DNA of 64,000 nt. Source: an uncultured Acidobacteriota bacterium (GTDB taxonomy: Bacteria > Acidobacteriota > JAQAZP01). The notes under the pieces are model-generated. The model was not told where the DNA came from. It worked only from the letters and a program-made list of their open reading frames with translations, and made no database searches. Positions 47,108 to 57,578 of the stretch are shown here, in pieces (position 1 is the stretch's first letter; every line of letters starts with the position of its first letter). The position numbers and the translations under genes are program-made. The stretch is from contig CAWIIB010000001.1 in the NCBI GenBank assembly GCA_963836075.1, positions 160,001-224,000 of the forward strand, given 5' to 3'.

Positions 47108-49765
47108 GTGAAGGTGATCACCACCCATCCCGGAGCGGACTTCGACGCCCTGGCGTCCATGGCGGCGGCGTCTTTGCTGCATCCCGATGCCTGCCTGGTC
47201 TTTTCCGGATCCCAGGAACTCCCGGTGCGGCGCTTCCTCGGCTCGGGGATCTACCGGCTGCCCCGGGTTCGCCGGTTGAAAGAGATCGCCCTGGACCAGA
47301 TCAGCCACCTGATCCTGGTGGACACCAGGCAACGGGACCGTGTTGGGCCGTTTGCCGGCCTGTTCGAGGGGGGGCCGGGCCGGAAACGGCCGATCCTGGA
47401 GATCTACGACCACCACCCCCCCAGCGGGGACGACCTGGCCGGCGACCCGGAATCGGTGGAGGACCTGGGGGCCACAACCACCTTGCTGGTGGAGTTGATC
47501 CGGCAGCGGAAGATCCACATCCCGCCCCTGGAGGCGACGCTGTTCCTCCTCGGCATCTACCAGGACACCGGCAGGCTCTCCTCGCCCAACACCACCGAAC
47601 GCGACCTGTTGGCCGCGGCCCACCTTCTGGGTCGGGGCGCCGACCTGCAACTGCTCAACCGGTTCCTGATGCCCGAATTCTCCTCAGGGCACATCGAACT
47701 GCTCAACGACCTGATCCAGGCCGCCGAGGTCCACGAAACCGGCGGCCTGCCGGTGGTGGTCTCGGCGGTCTACAAGGACCGCTACATCGGAGAACTGGCC
47801 CTGGTGGTCCACCGTTTCGTGGAACTGGAGCAGCTCACCGCCTGTTTCGCCCTGGTGATGATGGAAGAGCGCCTGTTTATCGTGGGCCGCAGCCTCTCCG
47901 AGGCCCTGGACGTTGGAGAGGTGATTCAGCATTTCGGCGGCGGCGGCCATGCCAGCGCGGCGGCCGCCTCGGTGAAGGGCTCCACCCTGGTGGAGGCACG
48001 GGAAAAGCTGATCCGTCTCCTGCCCGGCAGCGTCCGTCCGGTGAATACCGCGGCCCGGATCATGAACCCCACGGTCCAGCGGGTGTCCAGCCGTCAACCG
48101 GTGGCCGAGGTGAAGGAGATGATGCGGCGCTGGCGGGTCAACGCCCTCCCGGTGGGCACCGGGAAGCGGGTCATCGGTTCGGTAACCCGTCAGGCGGTGG
48201 ACGGGGCGCTGACCCACGGTCTGGGAGACCGTCCGCTGCGGGAGATCATGGGGCCGGCCCCGCCGGTGCTGGCGCCGGAGATGGGGCTGGAGGCCGTGCA
48301 CCGGGAAATGGTACGCCGCAACTGCCGGTTTGTCCTCGTGGGACAATCGCTGGAGGCCGTGGAGGGGATCATCACCCGGATGGATCTCTTCCGTCACGCC
48401 TACCGGGTGGAGGATGACGGCGACGCGTCGTGGCCGGCGGCGGGGGAGCGCCCCCGCTCGCCCACCCGGGAGGATTTACGGGGCATGCTGGGCAAGCGGC
48501 TCAGCCAGGAACGGCTGCAGCGGCTGAAGGATCTGGGTGCCCTGGGAGGGGAGATGGGCTTCCAGGTCTACCTGGTGGGCGGTTTTGTCCGCGACCTGCT
48601 GCTGGGACAGGAAACTACGGACCTGGACCTGGTGGTGGAGGGTGACGGCCTGCGGTTCTCCAGGCGGGCTGCAGGCCGGCTGGGTGCCGGGCTGCGCACC
48701 CACCGGGCCTTTGGCACGGCCACCCTGCGGCTGGAGGACGGCACCAAGATAGACGTGGCCACGGCCCGCACCGAGCACTATCCCGGGCCGGGCTCGCTTC
48801 CCGAAGTGGAACGGGCTCTCCTCAGGCGCGATCTCTACCGGAGGGATTTCACCATCAATTCGCTGGCCGTGGGAATCTGCGGAGAACGGTTCGGGCAGCT
48901 GGTGGACTATTTCAGCGGCTTGCGGGACCTGCGACGGGGGGTGATCCGGGTGATCCACAGCCTCAGTTTCATCGAGGACCCCACCAGGGCCATCCGGGCG
49001 GCGAGGTTCAGCGGCCGCTACGACTTCACCATCGGGCCGGTGACCAGCCAGATGATCGGCATCGCCTTGCGCAACAAAGTGTTCCAGCAGGTGAGCGGCG
49101 GCCGGTTGCTGGGGGAACTGGTCCATCTCTCGGCTGAAGAGCAGGCCCCCCGCTGCTTTGAAAGGATGGCCGAGTTCGGTCTGATACGGGCCACGGTGCA
49201 CCAGGATATCGCCTACGGCAAGCCGCTGCGCGACTTGCTGGCCCGGGTTGCGGGCGTGCTCAACTGGCACCGGCTGCTCTTCACGCCCCAGACCCCGCGG
49301 CGCTGGCTGGTGTTCATGATGGCCCTCTGTTTCCGCCTCGACCGGGAAGCACGGGTGTCCGTCTGCCGGCGCTTCGGGTTGTCCGGCAAGGAGCGGCAGG
49401 CGCTGCTGGAGTACAAGGTTGCCTGCAGCAGGATTGCGGAGCGCCTGGCAGCGGGAAGCTCGGCCACAGACCTTCGGCCCAGCGCCATCTGGCTGCTGCT
49501 GGAGGGCGTGGATCTGGAGACGATCCTCTTCTGCCAGGCGGTGACCCGTTCCGACCGCGTGCGGATGGCCATATCCCGGCACCTCACCGGTGGCGCTGGG
49601 GCCGGGCTCTCCATCTCCGGCAGGGACCTCAAAGTCCTGGGCATCGCCCCCGGTCCCCTGTTCGGCGAAATTCTCCGTGCGGTGAAGCTGGAAAAGATGG
49701 ACGGCCGGCTGAAGGACCGTAATTCAGAGCTGGACTGGGTCCGGCGTCACTACCTGGTGGACTGA
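47108..49765 (+). CDS. DHH-DHHA1-CBS-tRNA nucleotidyltransferase (CCA- or A-adding)
   Basis: H..ADFD, YDHH, GGGH..AA, CBS pair, VGGFVRD.LL, DLDLVV, RRDFTIN, EDPTR. Confidence 0.92.
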   Translation: MKVITTHPGADFDALASMAAASLLHPDACLVFSGSQELPVRRFLGSGIYRLPRVRRLKEIALDQISHLILVDTRQRDRVGPFAGLFEGGPGRKRPILEIYDHHPPSGDDLAGDPESVEDLGATTTLLVELIRQRKIHIPPLEATLFLLGIYQDTGRLSSPNTTERDLLAAAHLLGRGADLQLLNRFLMPEFSSGHIELLNDLIQAAEVHETGGLPVVVSAVYKDRYIGELALVVHRFVELEQLTACFALVMMEERLFIVGRSLSEALDVGEVIQHFGGGGHASAAAASVKGSTLVEAREKLIRLLPGSVRPVNTAARIMNPTVQRVSSRQPVAEVKEMMRRWRVNALPVGTGKRVIGSVTRQAVDGALTHGLGDRPLREIMGPAPPVLAPEMGLEAVHREMVRRNCRFVLVGQSLEAVEGIITRMDLFRHAYRVEDDGDASWPAAGERPRSPTREDLRGMLGKRLSQERLQRLKDLGALGGEMGFQVYLVGGFVRDLLLGQETTDLDLVVEGDGLRFSRRAAGRLGAGLRTHRAFGTATLRLEDGTKIDVATARTEHYPGPGSLPEVERALLRRDLYRRDFTINSLAVGICGERFGQLVDYFSGLRDLRRGVIRVIHSLSFIEDPTRAIRAARFSGRYDFTIGPVTSQMIGIALRNKVFQQVSGGRLLGELVHLSAEEQAPRCFERMAEFGLIRATVHQDIAYGKPLRDLLARVAGVLNWHRLLFTPQTPRRWLVFMMALCFRLDREARVSVCRRFGLSGKERQALLEYKVACSRIAERLAAGSSATDLRPSAIWLLLEGVDLETILFCQAVTRSDRVRMAISRHLTGGAGAGLSISGRDLKVLGIAPGPLFGEILRAVKLEKMDGRLKDRNSELDWVRRHYLVD

Positions 49766-50035
49766 ACGGAGACCCGCCGGCCGGTCCTCTGTTCCTCTAC
49801 AGATCTTGGTTCCCGCCCACATTGACTTGCTCTCCGCCTTTATGTTAAAAATCCCGGTTTATGTTCCACGTGATAGGCTGACACAGGCAGAAACTGAAGC
49901 AACTGCCCGATTTTCGTTCAGTTCACGACCATGGGACCGGCGACGGCTGCTGCGCCGAGGAACCATCTCATGTTATTGGTATGTGCCCCCCCGGTCCGAC
50001 CCGCGGACGGGGAGCGGCAAGGAGGGTTGACCCAG

Positions 50036-51187
50036 ATGGCAAAGGACAATGTTTACCTGTTTACGTCGGAGTCGGTGACCGAAGGGCACCCGGACAAGAT
50101 CGCCGACCAGATCTCGGATGCGGTCCTTGACGCCGTGATGGAGAAGGACCCCAACGGCCGGGTGGCCTGCGAGACCATGGTCACCACCGGTCTGGCGATG
50201 ATCGCCGGTGAAATCACCACTGAGAGTTATGTCGATTTTCCAAAAGTCGTGCGGGACACCATCCGGGAAGTTGGCTACACCCGGGCCAAGTGGGGTTTCG
50301 ACTACAAGACCTGCGCCGTGATTTCCTCCATCGACGAGCAGTCGGCGGATATCGCCATGGGTGTTGATCCCGGCGGTGCCGGTGACCAGGGGTTGATGTT
50401 CGGTTACGCCTGCCGCGAGACGCGGGAGTTGATGCCGTTGCCGATCATGACCGCCCACAAGCTGGTGCGCCGGCTGACCCAGCTGCGCAAGGAGGGCGAA
50501 CTGGACTACCTGCGTCCGGACGGGAAGTCCCAGGTCACCGTGGAATACCACAACGGCCAGGCCAAGCGGGTGCACACGGTGGTCATCTCAACCCAGCACA
50601 ATGAGGAAGTGAGCATCGACTGCCTGCGCCAGGACGTGATTGAGAACGTGATCAGGCCGGTGATTCCCGAGCAACTCCTCGATTCGAAGACCATCTTCCA
50701 CGTCAACCCCACCGGCCGTTTCGTGGTCGGCGGCCCGCAGGGCGACTGCGGCCTCACCGGACGCAAGATCATCGTCGACACCTATGGCGGTGTGGGCAGT
50801 CACGGCGGCGGCTGTTTCTCGGGCAAGGACTGCACCAAGGTCGACCGCTCGGCATCCTACATGGCCCGCTACATTGCCAAGAACATCGTCGGCAGCGGCG
50901 CGGCGGACAAGGTGGAAGTCCAGCTGGCCTATGCCATCGGCGTGGCCGATCCGGTGTCGATCATGGTCGACACCTTCGGCACATTCAAGGCTGACGAAGA
51001 CGCGATCAAGGCCGCGGTGTGGGATGTCTTCCCGCTGACGCCCAAGGGCATCATCGAGCAGCTGGACCTCCGGCGCCCGATCTACAAGAAAACCGCAGCC
51101 TACGGGCACTTCGGCCGGAGCGAGGACAGCTTCAGCTGGGAGCGCCTGGACAAGGCCGAGGCATTGAAATCAGCGCTGAAACTGTAA
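50036..51187 (+). CDS. metK: S-adenosylmethionine synthetase
   Basis: [47 protein letters not shown]. Confidence 0.98.
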   Translation: MAKDNVYLFTSESVTEGHPDKIADQISDAVLDAVMEKDPNGRVACETMVTTGLAMIAGEITTESYVDFPKVVRDTIREVGYTRAKWGFDYKTCAVISSIDEQSADIAMGVDPGGAGDQGLMFGYACRETRELMPLPIMTAHKLVRRLTQLRKEGELDYLRPDGKSQVTVEYHNGQAKRVHTVVISTQHNEEVSIDCLRQDVIENVIRPVIPEQLLDSKTIFHVNPTGRFVVGGPQGDCGLTGRKIIVDTYGGVGSHGGGCFSGKDCTKVDRSASYMARYIAKNIVGSGAADKVEVQLAYAIGVADPVSIMVDTFGTFKADEDAIKAAVWDVFPLTPKGIIEQLDLRRPIYKKTAAYGHFGRSEDSFSWERLDKAEALKSALKL

Positions 51188-51216
51188 GTGCCGCACGGGA
51201 CCAGGGTGGCTTTCCA

Positions 51217-51248
51217 AAGGGGCCCCGGCATTGTCGCGGGCCCTTTTC
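51217..51248 (+). terminator. Probable intrinsic terminator after metK
   Basis: AAGGGGCCCCGGCA...TGTCGCGGGCCCTTTT imperfect hairpin with T-tract. Confidence 0.5.
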
Positions 51249-51263
51249 ATTTCTGGTGAAACC

Positions 51264-51938
51264 ATGGCAGAACAACCGTCATTCAGTTACCCCGTTATCC
51301 TGGACCTCAACGGCAAACCCTGTCTGGTAGTGGGCGGCGGCACAGTGGCGACCAGAAAGGTGGACGGATTGCTGCAGGCCGGAGCAAGGGTCACCGTGGT
51401 TGCGCCCGAAGTTGCACCCCCACTTGCCGAGCTCGCCGGTGACAGCACTATCACCCTTCACCAGCGTGATTTCCATCCTGGAGACCTGGATGGCCAGACC
51501 CTGGTCTTCGGCGCTCTGGACGACCCAGGCGCACGACGGACGCTGGCCGCGGAAGCACGGCAAAGAGGCATCCCGGCCAACCTGGCTGACGATCCGAAGA
51601 ATTGCGATTTCACCATTCCGTCCTCCTTCAGGCGTGGAGACCTGTTGATCACGGTTTCCACCGGCGGCAAGAGCCCGGCCCTCTCCCGCAAGCTGCGCCA
51701 GGTGCTTGAAACCAAGGTGGGCCCCTCATTCGCCATCCAGGTGGAGGCCATGGGCCGGGTCCGCCAGCGTCTCCTCAAAGACCTGCCGGAGCACGAGGAC
51801 CTGCGCCGCGAAATACTGCTCGGCATTGTCGATTCCGACCTGCTCGACGTGCTCCGCAACGGGGACGAGAGGGGCTTCCAGCAACGGGTGGACCAGATGA
51901 TCACCAGGGCAATGGAGCGCGCGAGAAAGCATGAATAA
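51264..51938 (+). CDS. Precorrin-2 dehydrogenase / sirohydrochlorin ferrochelatase (SirC/CysG-B/Met8 type)
   Basis: YP..LDL.GK.CLVVGGG.VA.RK, N.AD.P..CDF..P, STGGKSPAL. Confidence 0.9.
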   Translation: MAEQPSFSYPVILDLNGKPCLVVGGGTVATRKVDGLLQAGARVTVVAPEVAPPLAELAGDSTITLHQRDFHPGDLDGQTLVFGALDDPGARRTLAAEARQRGIPANLADDPKNCDFTIPSSFRRGDLLITVSTGGKSPALSRKLRQVLETKVGPSFAIQVEAMGRVRQRLLKDLPEHEDLRREILLGIVDSDLLDVLRNGDERGFQQRVDQMITRAMERARKHE

Positions 51939-52860
51939 GCAACTGCTGAAGTTGGGCACCAGGGGCAGCCGCCTGGCTCTCTGGCAGGCGGAGACGGTCA
52001 AGGCCCTGGTCCAGCAGGCCAACCCGGACCTTGCGGTGGAGATCGTGATCATCAGCTCATCCGGTGACCTGGACCGCACCAGGCCCCTGGAACAACTGGG
52101 TGGTGAGGGGTTGTTCACCAAGGAACTGGAGCACGAGCTCCAACAGGGAACCATCGATTTTGCAGTTCACTCGCTGAAGGACCTGCCCACCGTCCTGCCC
52201 GAGGGTTTCGCACTCTCTGCCGTCCCCCAACGTGGACCTGTGGAGGACGCTCTGGTGTCTGGGAACGGCGGGGGGCTGGAGTCCCTGCCCCGGGGCGCCA
52301 CGGTGGCCACCGGCTCGCCCCGGCGCAAGGCTCAGTTACTGAACCTCAGGTCAGACCTCAATGTCACCGGCCTCCGCGGCAATGTGCCCACCCGGCTGGA
52401 GAAGCTGGAGACCGAGGAACTGGACGGGATCGTCCTGGCAAGGGCAGGCCTCGAACGCCTCGGCTTCGGCGACCGGATCACCGAGGTCTTCCCCACGGAC
52501 CGGTTCTGCCCGGCAGTGGGGCAGGGGGCCATCGGCATTGAGATCCGGGAAGGTGACCAGACAGCACTCAACGCCACTTCAGCAATCGATCACCCGGAGA
52601 CCCATGCCGCGGTGCAGGCCGAACGCGGCTTCCTCGCCGGCCTGGGCAGCGGATGCTCACTTCCGGTGGGCGCCCACGCCCAAACAGACAACGTGGCCCA
52701 ACCCGCCTTTCTCACCCTGGCCGGTGTGGTGCTCAATCGCCAGGGCACCGAACGCCTGGCCGCCGACATGACCGGTCCCCTGGGCAAGGCCTGGGAACTG
52801 GGGCAACGCCTTGCAGAACTGCTGGTTGGGCAAGGTGGGATGAATTTGCTCGCTGAATGA
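51931..52860 (+). CDS. hemC: Hydroxymethylbilane synthase
   Basis: GTRGSRLALWQ, GLFTKELE, AVHSLKD, T.SPRR.AQL, RGNV.TRL.KL, PAVGQG, GC..P. Confidence 0.96.
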   Translation: MNKQLLKLGTRGSRLALWQAETVKALVQQANPDLAVEIVIISSSGDLDRTRPLEQLGGEGLFTKELEHELQQGTIDFAVHSLKDLPTVLPEGFALSAVPQRGPVEDALVSGNGGGLESLPRGATVATGSPRRKAQLLNLRSDLNVTGLRGNVPTRLEKLETEELDGIVLARAGLERLGFGDRITEVFPTDRFCPAVGQGAIGIEIREGDQTALNATSAIDHPETHAAVQAERGFLAGLGSGCSLPVGAHAQTDNVAQPAFLTLAGVVLNRQGTERLAADMTGPLGKAWELGQRLAELLVGQGGMNLLAE

Positions 52861-53074
52861 GAAGCTGCAGCGTAGATCCCCGCCCCGCTGGTCTCCTGCC
52901 CTATAACGAAACAATTATTGACCTATGAGAAGGAAATCACTACCCTTATGGGGCCCTGAAGCTTGTTCTGGTTCGTTTCGGAACGCGAGTCACGGCATTT
53001 TCAGGTATGGGTTTGCGACGAATGGGCCGATCAATGGCTCGGGTACAATCAGAGAAGAAACGGAGTCGATAGAA

Positions 53075-54493
53075 ATGGCTGTCAAAAAGAAAGCGGATTA
53101 CGTCGTTAAAGATATTTCCCTCGCGCCCTTCGGACGCAAGGAGATGGAGCTGGCCGAACATGAAATGCCGGGCCTGATGGCACTGCGTGAAAAATACGGG
53201 AAACAGAAACCGCTGAAAGGCACCCGGATTGCCGGCTCTTTGCATATGACCATTCAAACGGCGATGCTGATCGAAACCCTGCAAATCCTCGGGGCAAAAG
53301 TCCGCTGGGCCAGCTGCAATATCTACTCCACGCAGGATCACGCCGCTGCCGCCGTGGCCAAAAAAGGAACGCCTGTCTTTGCCGTAAAAGGTGAGACCCT
53401 TGAAGAATACTGGACCTACACCGACAAAATTCTGGACTGGGGCGACGGCAAAGGCCCGAACATGATTCTGGATGACGGCGGCGATGCCACGATGTTTGTT
53501 CAGGTTGGTTATCAGGCTGAAAAGAACCCGTCCATCCTGGATCGGAAACCCGGCAGCCCCGAGGAAAAGGTCTTCCTGGCCCAGCTCAAAAAAGCACTGA
53601 AAAAAGACCCGACCCGCTTCTCCCGTATCGCGAAGGGAATTTGCGGTGTAACTGAAGAAACCACCACGGGTGTGCACCGTCTCTACCAGCTCGAGGAAAA
53701 GGGTGAACTGCTCTTCCCGGCGATCAACGTGAACGACTCGGTAACAAAATCAAAATTCGACAATGTCTACGGGTGCCGCCACTCGCTGGTTGACGCCATC
53801 ATGCGCGCAACCGACGTGATGCTTTCCGGAAAAGTCGCTGTCGTCGCCGGTTTCGGAGATGTGGGTAAGGGATCCTGCCAGTCGCTGGAGGGACAGAACG
53901 CCCGGGTCATCGTTACTGAAATCGATCCGATCTGTGCGCTGCAGGCCACCATGGCCGGATACGAAGTGATGCCGATGGACGAGGCCTGCACGCTGGGTGA
54001 CATTTTTGTCACCACCACCGGTTGCTGTGATGTGATCACCGAGCGCCACATGAAGCAGATGAAAAATCAGGCCATCGTCTGCAACATCGGTCACTTCGAT
54101 TCCGAAATTCAGGTCGAGAAACTCCGGAAATACAAGTGGACGAGCATCAAGCCGCAGGTTGACAAGATTACGTTCCCCAAAGGCAACAGCATCCTGCTGC
54201 TGGCGGAAGGCCGATTGGTGAATCTTGGCTGCGCCACCGGCCACCCCAGCTTCGTAATGTCCAACAGCTTCACCAACCAGGTGCTGGCGCAAATGGATAT
54301 CTGGGAAAAGCACGGAACTGAGAAGCAGTACCCGATCGGCGTGTATGTCCTGCCCAAGCATCTGGACGAAGAAGTGGCCGCGCTGCACCTCGGGCGTCTC
54401 GGAGCAAAACTGGATCGATTAACCGCGAACCAGGCAAAATATCTGGGCATTCCCAAGGACGGACCGTTCAAGCCGGAACACTACAGATACTGA
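53075..54493 (+). CDS. ahcY: Adenosylhomocysteinase
   Basis: [54 protein letters not shown]. Confidence 0.98.
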   Translation: MAVKKKADYVVKDISLAPFGRKEMELAEHEMPGLMALREKYGKQKPLKGTRIAGSLHMTIQTAMLIETLQILGAKVRWASCNIYSTQDHAAAAVAKKGTPVFAVKGETLEEYWTYTDKILDWGDGKGPNMILDDGGDATMFVQVGYQAEKNPSILDRKPGSPEEKVFLAQLKKALKKDPTRFSRIAKGICGVTEETTTGVHRLYQLEEKGELLFPAINVNDSVTKSKFDNVYGCRHSLVDAIMRATDVMLSGKVAVVAGFGDVGKGSCQSLEGQNARVIVTEIDPICALQATMAGYEVMPMDEACTLGDIFVTTTGCCDVITERHMKQMKNQAIVCNIGHFDSEIQVEKLRKYKWTSIKPQVDKITFPKGNSILLLAEGRLVNLGCATGHPSFVMSNSFTNQVLAQMDIWEKHGTEKQYPIGVYVLPKHLDEEVAALHLGRLGAKLDRLTANQAKYLGIPKDGPFKPEHYRY

Positions 54494-54563
54494 TCAATCT
54501 CCTCTCCAGAAACCTGACGGTGGACTGCAAGGCTCCGGTGAAATGCAGGTGACCGACTCCTGC

Positions 54564-56024
54564 TTATGCTATCTGCACCGGCATGCCCATCATCGGCCAG
54601 ATGAGCCAGACAAAGAAGGCCAGTACGAGCATGAGCAGGATGCTTGCCGGTATGCCGGCAATTAAGAATTCCTTGGTGGTGAATTGCCCGCTGGAATAAG
54701 CGATGGCGTTTGGTGCGGCGCCGACCAGCAAGAGGAACGGCATGCCGGCGGTCACCAGGGCGGAGAAGAGGATCACCTCCGGGGCGGTGCCGAGGTAGGG
54801 GCCGAGGACGAGCGCCACGGGTAATACAATGGCGATGGCGGCAACGTTCATGATGAAGTTGGTCATCAGCATGACGAAGAACGAGACGCCCATGACGAAG
54901 ACGAACCAGGGGGCGTCCTGGAACAGGTTGAGCCAGATAATGGCCAGCCATTTGGCGGCGCCGGTCTGCCAGAGGCAGAAGCCGATGCTCATCGCCCCGC
55001 CGAAGAGGAGGACGATGTTCCAGGGGGTATCTTCGAGGTCCTCGAGGTCGAGGATGCGGAAGACGAAGAAGAGCACGGTGGAGGTGAGGATTATGGCGCT
55101 CTTGTTCAGCGGGGCCAGGGCGGGAATGAAGGAACGGAGGCTCATCACCGCAATGGCTCCGAAGACGATGATCAGGGTGGTGATCTCCACCCGGGTCATG
55201 GGGCCCAGGTTGGACTGCAGTTTTTTGGCCCGCTCGCGGAGGCCGGGAATGGTCTTGCGCTCCGGTTTGAAAAAGATCATGAAGAACCCCCAGAGCAGGA
55301 AGGTCATCAGCACACCCACCGGGAGCATGTAGTAGGTCAGTTCGAAGAAACTGATATCAACGCCGGTGATATCGCGGTAGAAGCCGAGGGCCACGGCGCC
55401 GCGGGCAGCGCCAAGCAGGGTGATGATGCTGCCGGCGCCGGCGACGAAGGCCATGCCGATGAAGAGGCCCTTGCCGAATTTTGAGGGATTGCGTTCCTCG
55501 TCGTACATGGTGTAGATCGCCATCAGCAGGGGATAGATGGTGGCGGCCACGGCGGTGTGGGCCATGATCAGGGTCAGGGCCGAGGTCATGGTGAAACAGC
55601 CGAGGTAGATCATGCTGGTCCGTTCGCCCACCAGCACCAGCATCTTGTAGGCCATGCGCTGGGTCAGGCCGGACTTGGTGAAGACCATGCCGATGACCAG
55701 CGATCCGATGATGAACCAGACCGAGGGGTCCATGAAATCGGTGAAGGCGGTGCGGGCGTCACGGATCATGAACAGGGCCTGGACAACGCCGATGGTGATG
55801 CTGGTGATGCCGATGGGCACCACCTCGAAAACCCACCAGGTGGCGGCAAGGAGGAAGAGCGCCAGGGCCGCTTTCCCTTCACGGGTCAGTTCGAAGGACT
55901 GCCCCTGGGGGTCCACTGCCGGGGCCAGCTGGGGGAGAAGGTAGACCACGGTGAAGAGGACCACGCCAAGCAGGAGCAGGGAGGTCCTCTTCCAGTCAAC
56001 GGAACTGCTTTTTGCTTTTACCAT
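54564..56024 (-). CDS. SLC13/DASS divalent-anion:Na+ symporter
   Basis: WW.FEV.P...T, PW.IVLLFGG, TNF..N.A, GAAPNAIAY; many TMs. Confidence 0.88.
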   Translation of the reverse strand: MVKAKSSSVDWKRTSLLLLGVVLFTVVYLLPQLAPAVDPQGQSFELTREGKAALALFLLAATWWVFEVVPIGITSITIGVVQALFMIRDARTAFTDFMDPSVWFIIGSLVIGMVFTKSGLTQRMAYKMLVLVGERTSMIYLGCFTMTSALTLIMAHTAVAATIYPLLMAIYTMYDEERNPSKFGKGLFIGMAFVAGAGSIITLLGAARGAVALGFYRDITGVDISFFELTYYMLPVGVLMTFLLWGFFMIFFKPERKTIPGLRERAKKLQSNLGPMTRVEITTLIIVFGAIAVMSLRSFIPALAPLNKSAIILTSTVLFFVFRILDLEDLEDTPWNIVLLFGGAMSIGFCLWQTGAAKWLAIIWLNLFQDAPWFVFVMGVSFFVMLMTNFIMNVAAIAIVLPVALVLGPYLGTAPEVILFSALVTAGMPFLLLVGAAPNAIAYSSGQFTTKEFLIAGIPASILLMLVLAFFVWLIWPMMGMPVQIA

Positions 56025-56030
56025 CCAGCT

Positions 56031-56462
56031 CTACCAGCCTTTTTTCTTGAGAATGTTGTGGATTTCCTGGGCCGACTTCTGTTGCACGAGGTGCGCCTTG
56101 GCCGCGGCCGCGTTGTTGATCTTCTGCAGCAACTTCTCGAAGTCCAGCGGCTTCTCCAGGAAATCCCGGGCCCCGAGCTTGATCGCCTGCACCCCCTTGT
56201 CCACCGTGGCGTGACCGGTGAGCAGGATCACCTGCAGGTCGCCGTTGATCTCCAGCAGTCCTTTCAGCGTTTCGATGCCGTCCTTGCCCGGCATGGCCAG
56301 GTCGAGAACAACCGCATCGAAATCGGATTTGCCGGCTTCAGCGATCGCCCCGTCGCCGCTGAAGGCCACGATGACCCTCATGCCGCGGGCTTCCATCCGC
56401 TCGGCGAGGATCCGGACAAACTCCTCCTCGTCGTCGACGAGCAGTATTTTTTCACCAGCCAT
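56031..56462 (-). CDS. Single-domain response regulator
   Basis: LLVDDE, VLDLAMP, LTGH, KP; short helical tail only. Confidence 0.9.
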   Translation of the reverse strand: MAGEKILLVDDEEEFVRILAERMEARGMRVIVAFSGDGAIAEAGKSDFDAVVLDLAMPGKDGIETLKGLLEINGDLQVILLTGHATVDKGVQAIKLGARDFLEKPLDFEKLLQKINNAAAAKAHLVQQKSAQEIHNILKKKGW

Positions 56463-56480
56463 ATCACGCCTCCCAGGTCA

Positions 56481-57182
56481 TCAGTCGGTTGCCGGCCCGG
56501 CGGGTCGCTGCCGGGGCGCGTGCAGCTCGAAGCGGCGGGGATCCGATCCAGGGGAACAGATCACCGTGCCGCCCAGGTCTTTCATCAACAGCTCGAGGTA
56601 GGAGAGCCTGTTGTTGGCCCTCTGGTCCAGGGGGACCTCAGCGGTGCAGGTAACGAAAAGGCTGCAGCCATCGTCTGCGGCCTTGTTGAATCCTGCGCTA
56701 ACCGTATTCGCATCCTCCTCCCCCGCGTTCAGGGCGAGGTCGATGCAGAGATGGACCGCCTGCATCAAGCCGAAGGCCGAACTTTCGATGACCAGTTCTT
56801 CGGCGGGGAACTCCGTTTCCAGGGTCGCTTTCTTCAGCACAGCGAACCGCTGGCAGAGAGTGGTGATCAGTTCCATGGTGTCGTTGACGCTCAGCGAGGT
56901 GAACGGCTGGTCAACGGTGTGGGAGAAGCGGTTGAGACGTTTGACCAGCCGTTTCCCCCGCTCCACCTGGTCGTTGACGCGGCCAGCGATGCTCAGCAGC
57001 CGTTCGGGGTCCAGCGGCCGTCCGGCTGCGGCCCCGTGGGTCAGGTCGCCAAGCAGGCCGGAGAGCTCGCCGACGATGGCCAGCACGTTGTTGATCTCGT
57101 GGGACAGGCTGGCCGTGATGGCGCCGAAGAAGGCCAGGCCGCCTTCGCGGAGCAGCCTGCTGTTCGGGTGTTCCTGGTCCAT
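56481..57182 (-). CDS. HisKA-containing protein with degenerate ATPase domain (phosphotransferase-like)
   Basis: SHEINNVLAI H-box; no recognisable N, G1 or G2 boxes; no sensor or TM. Confidence 0.7.
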   Translation of the reverse strand: MDQEHPNSRLLREGGLAFFGAITASLSHEINNVLAIVGELSGLLGDLTHGAAAGRPLDPERLLSIAGRVNDQVERGKRLVKRLNRFSHTVDQPFTSLSVNDTMELITTLCQRFAVLKKATLETEFPAEELVIESSAFGLMQAVHLCIDLALNAGEEDANTVSAGFNKAADDGCSLFVTCTAEVPLDQRANNRLSYLELLMKDLGGTVICSPGSDPRRFELHAPRQRPAGPATD

Positions 57183-57203
57183 GCTGGAAAAACCTCGCCC
57201 CGT

Positions 57204-57569
57204 TCAGCGGTTGGCCGCCTTGTGTATTATTTCGATCAATTCTTCGATGTCCACCGGCTTGATCAGGTAGTCAAAAGCGCCGGCCTCGATGCCCCGGGCC
57301 GCGTCTTCGGAGGACCCGTGACCGGTGAGCAGGATGACCTGGATGTCGGCCCGGTCGTGCTTCAACTGCGCGATAACGTCCATCCCGTCCAGACCAGGCA
57401 TTTTCATGTCGAGCACCACCACCTCGAAATCGCCTTCACGAATCCGCTGGATGGCATCGACGCCCCGGGTCACGCCCTCGGCCTGGAAGCCGCGAATCTG
57501 GAGCCGCTCCACCAGGGTCTCGACCAACTCCTCCTCGTCGTCAACCAGCAGCACACGCAGACCGTCCAT
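57204..57569 (-). CDS. Single-domain response regulator
   Basis: LLVDDE, VLDMKMP, LTGHG, YLIKP. Confidence 0.9.
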   Translation of the reverse strand: MDGLRVLLVDDEEELVETLVERLQIRGFQAEGVTRGVDAIQRIREGDFEVVVLDMKMPGLDGMDVIAQLKHDRADIQVILLTGHGSSEDAARGIEAGAFDYLIKPVDIEELIEIIHKAANR

Positions 57570-57578
57570 GGGAGTCTC

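Noticed and set aside
47101-48417. 438-aa alternative-frame ORF overlapping the nucleotidyltransferase
   Set aside because: Pro/Arg/Gly-rich off-frame translation with no domain features.
49862-49877. parS-like TGTTCCACGTGATAGG upstream of metK
   Set aside because: 13 of 16 positions match TGTTNCACGTGAAACA, but the right half-site is broken and there is only one copy.
49850-50035. SAM riboswitch in the metK leader
   Set aside because: No SAM-I or SAM-II consensus is recognisable; only a short GGACCGG/CCGGTCC pairing. An Rfam scan would settle it.
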